Shown piece by piece: positions 62,903-64,000 of a stretch of DNA of 64,000 bases. A program made the translations under genes and the position numbers. How positions within the stretch are numbered: position 1 is the stretch's first letter; each line of letters begins with the position of its first letter. Location of the stretch: positions 126,858 through 190,857 of the forward strand of contig CAVUCS010000002.1 of assembly GCA_963740065.1 (NCBI GenBank), written 5' to 3'. The stretch is from an uncultured Solirubrobacterales bacterium. Its GTDB lineage: Bacteria > Actinomycetota > Thermoleophilia > Solirubrobacterales > 70-9. The notes beneath the pieces are model-generated. The model worked only from the letters and a program-made list of their open reading frames with translations. It had not been told where the DNA came from and did not search any database.

Positions 62903-62953
62903 CGTTCCGCTTGGCCTTTTCCCGGACATACAGGGAAAAGGCAAAGCGGAACG
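62903..62953. repeat. family A-related hairpin repeat, copy A5 (same outer stem, different inner stem)
   Basis: CGTTCCGCTTGGCCTTTTCCC-GGACATACA-GGGAAAAGGCAAAGCGGAACG, 20 of 21 positions paired, directly after the cydB stop. Confidence 0.8.
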
Positions 62954-62975
62954 AGGATCGCTATACGCTCGGCGC

Positions 62976-63641
62976 ATGATCGAGGCTGTTCTCTTTGACA
63001 TAGACGGGACCCTGATTACGACCGGCGGCGCCGGCGCGGTCGCCTGGCGGCGCGCCTTCGAGGAGCTGCACGGGACGCCGCTGGACATCCGCGAGGTGAC
63101 CGAGTCGGGGATGACCGATCCCGAGGTCGGCCGCGTCGCCTTGCGCAACATCCTCGGCCGCGATCCCGACGGCCGTGAGCTGGCGACGGCGATGGCCCAC
63201 TATCTGCGCCACTTGCACGCCGCGATCGACGCATCCGACGGCTACGAGGTGATGACCGGCGTCGAGGACCTGCTTGAGCGCCTCGTCGACGACGGCCACC
63301 TGCTCGGCCTCACCACCGGCAACATCGAGGCGGCCGCCCACATCAAGCTCGCTCGCGGGGGCCTCAACCGCTTCTTCAGCTTCGGCGGCTATGGCTCCGA
63401 CTCGAACGAGCGCACCGAGTTGACTCGCCGCGCCCTGGAGCGGGCCGGCTTCGTCTCCGGCGGCACCTTGATCGAGTCCGCCTGCATCTCCGTCGGCGAC
63501 ACCCCCCGCGACGTCGCCGCCGGCCACGGCGCCGGCATCCAGGTCGTCGGCGTCGCCACCGGCAACTTCAGCGTCGACCAGCTCAGAGAGGCCGGCGCCG
63601 ACTACGCGATTTCCACCGTCGAGGCCGGCTTCCCGGTTTAG
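62976..63641 (+). CDS. HAD-IA family hydrolase (phosphoglycolate-phosphatase-like)
   Basis: VLFDIDGTL, LTTGN and VGDTPRDVAAG motifs. Confidence 0.75.
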   Translation: MIEAVLFDIDGTLITTGGAGAVAWRRAFEELHGTPLDIREVTESGMTDPEVGRVALRNILGRDPDGRELATAMAHYLRHLHAAIDASDGYEVMTGVEDLLERLVDDGHLLGLTTGNIEAAAHIKLARGGLNRFFSFGGYGSDSNERTELTRRALERAGFVSGGTLIESACISVGDTPRDVAAGHGAGIQVVGVATGNFSVDQLREAGADYAISTVEAGFPV

Positions 63642-64000
63642 CTAAGTCTGCCGGAGTTCCGCCAGCTCCCCGAGACGATGGACTCGGGGGTCGGATTCGC
63701 CGACCATACGGACCAGCCACTCTCTTATCTCATCGAGTTTCAAGTAGTCGGCGCAGACGAAGATCTGCTCAATGTCGAGCCAGTCCTTGGGACGGTCGAA
63801 CATCGCCTTGCAGACAACCAGATGCTCGGGGCTGAGAACGGGCAACTTTCCATCTCCGAAGGGGACCTGCCTTGCCTCTTGGCGCATCGCCTCGTGGATC
63901 TCGTCATAGGCGAAGAAGAGGTCTAACGGAGTTCGGCCCCAGCGCAGGCGGCACTGGCCATCTCGGTTCAGAGCAGTACGGTCGACATCGTCCGCCACGC
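63642..64000 (-). CDS. hypothetical protein, C-terminal part only (possibly nucleotidyltransferase-fold); runs off the window
   Basis: The ORF is open to the window end. The C-terminal wording (LPVLSPEHLVVCKAMFDRPKDWLDIEQI) is reminiscent of small nucleotidyltransferase-like proteins. This is a recollection, not a motif proof. Confidence 0.3.
   Translation of the reverse strand, partial: VADDVDRTALNRDGQCRLRWGRTPLDLFFAYDEIHEAMRQEARQVPFGDGKLPVLSPEHLVVCKAMFDRPKDWLDIEQIFVCADYLKLDEIREWLVRMVGESDPRVHRLGELAELRQT

Overview
This is a visibly GC-rich, almost fully coding chromosomal segment that looks actinobacterial. That reading rests on the topA-tmk-holB gene order, frequent GTG/TTG starts with 4-nt GTGA/ATGA overlaps, and Tat/lipoprotein signal sequences; the taxon is inference only. 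Gene content is mostly housekeeping. It includes nuoI(partial)-nuoHGFEDCBA on the minus strand, serS, msrB, a MacB/FtsX-type ABC exporter, a P450, class II RNR nrdJ, topA-tmk-holB, two two-component regulators, recQ, efeOB, cydAB and a split pentose-phosphate set (zwf / gnd-pgl / rpiA / tkt-tal-pgi). I found no rRNA, tRNA, CRISPR array, transposase, integrase, phage gene or recognisable defence operon. The unusual content is in the short intergenic DNA. (1) There are three same-orientation copies of a ~115-nt AT-richer structured element (family B). Its core is conserved, while the outer stems are locus-specific and perfectly complementary, and internal substitutions are compensatory. (2) There are at least ten 43-53-nt near-perfect hairpins (family A x5, hairpins H1-H5). 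Their stems differ between loci but keep pairing, and most apices carry TATG/CATA. They sit in terminator, divergent-promoter and intra-operon positions, and one lies in frame inside a HAD-IIA phosphatase gene. Several of these palindromes supply the stop codons of both flanking convergent genes. A nested palindromic operator-like site lies upstream of efeOB. Functions proposed for the repeats are hypotheses; I could run no searches or folding calculations.
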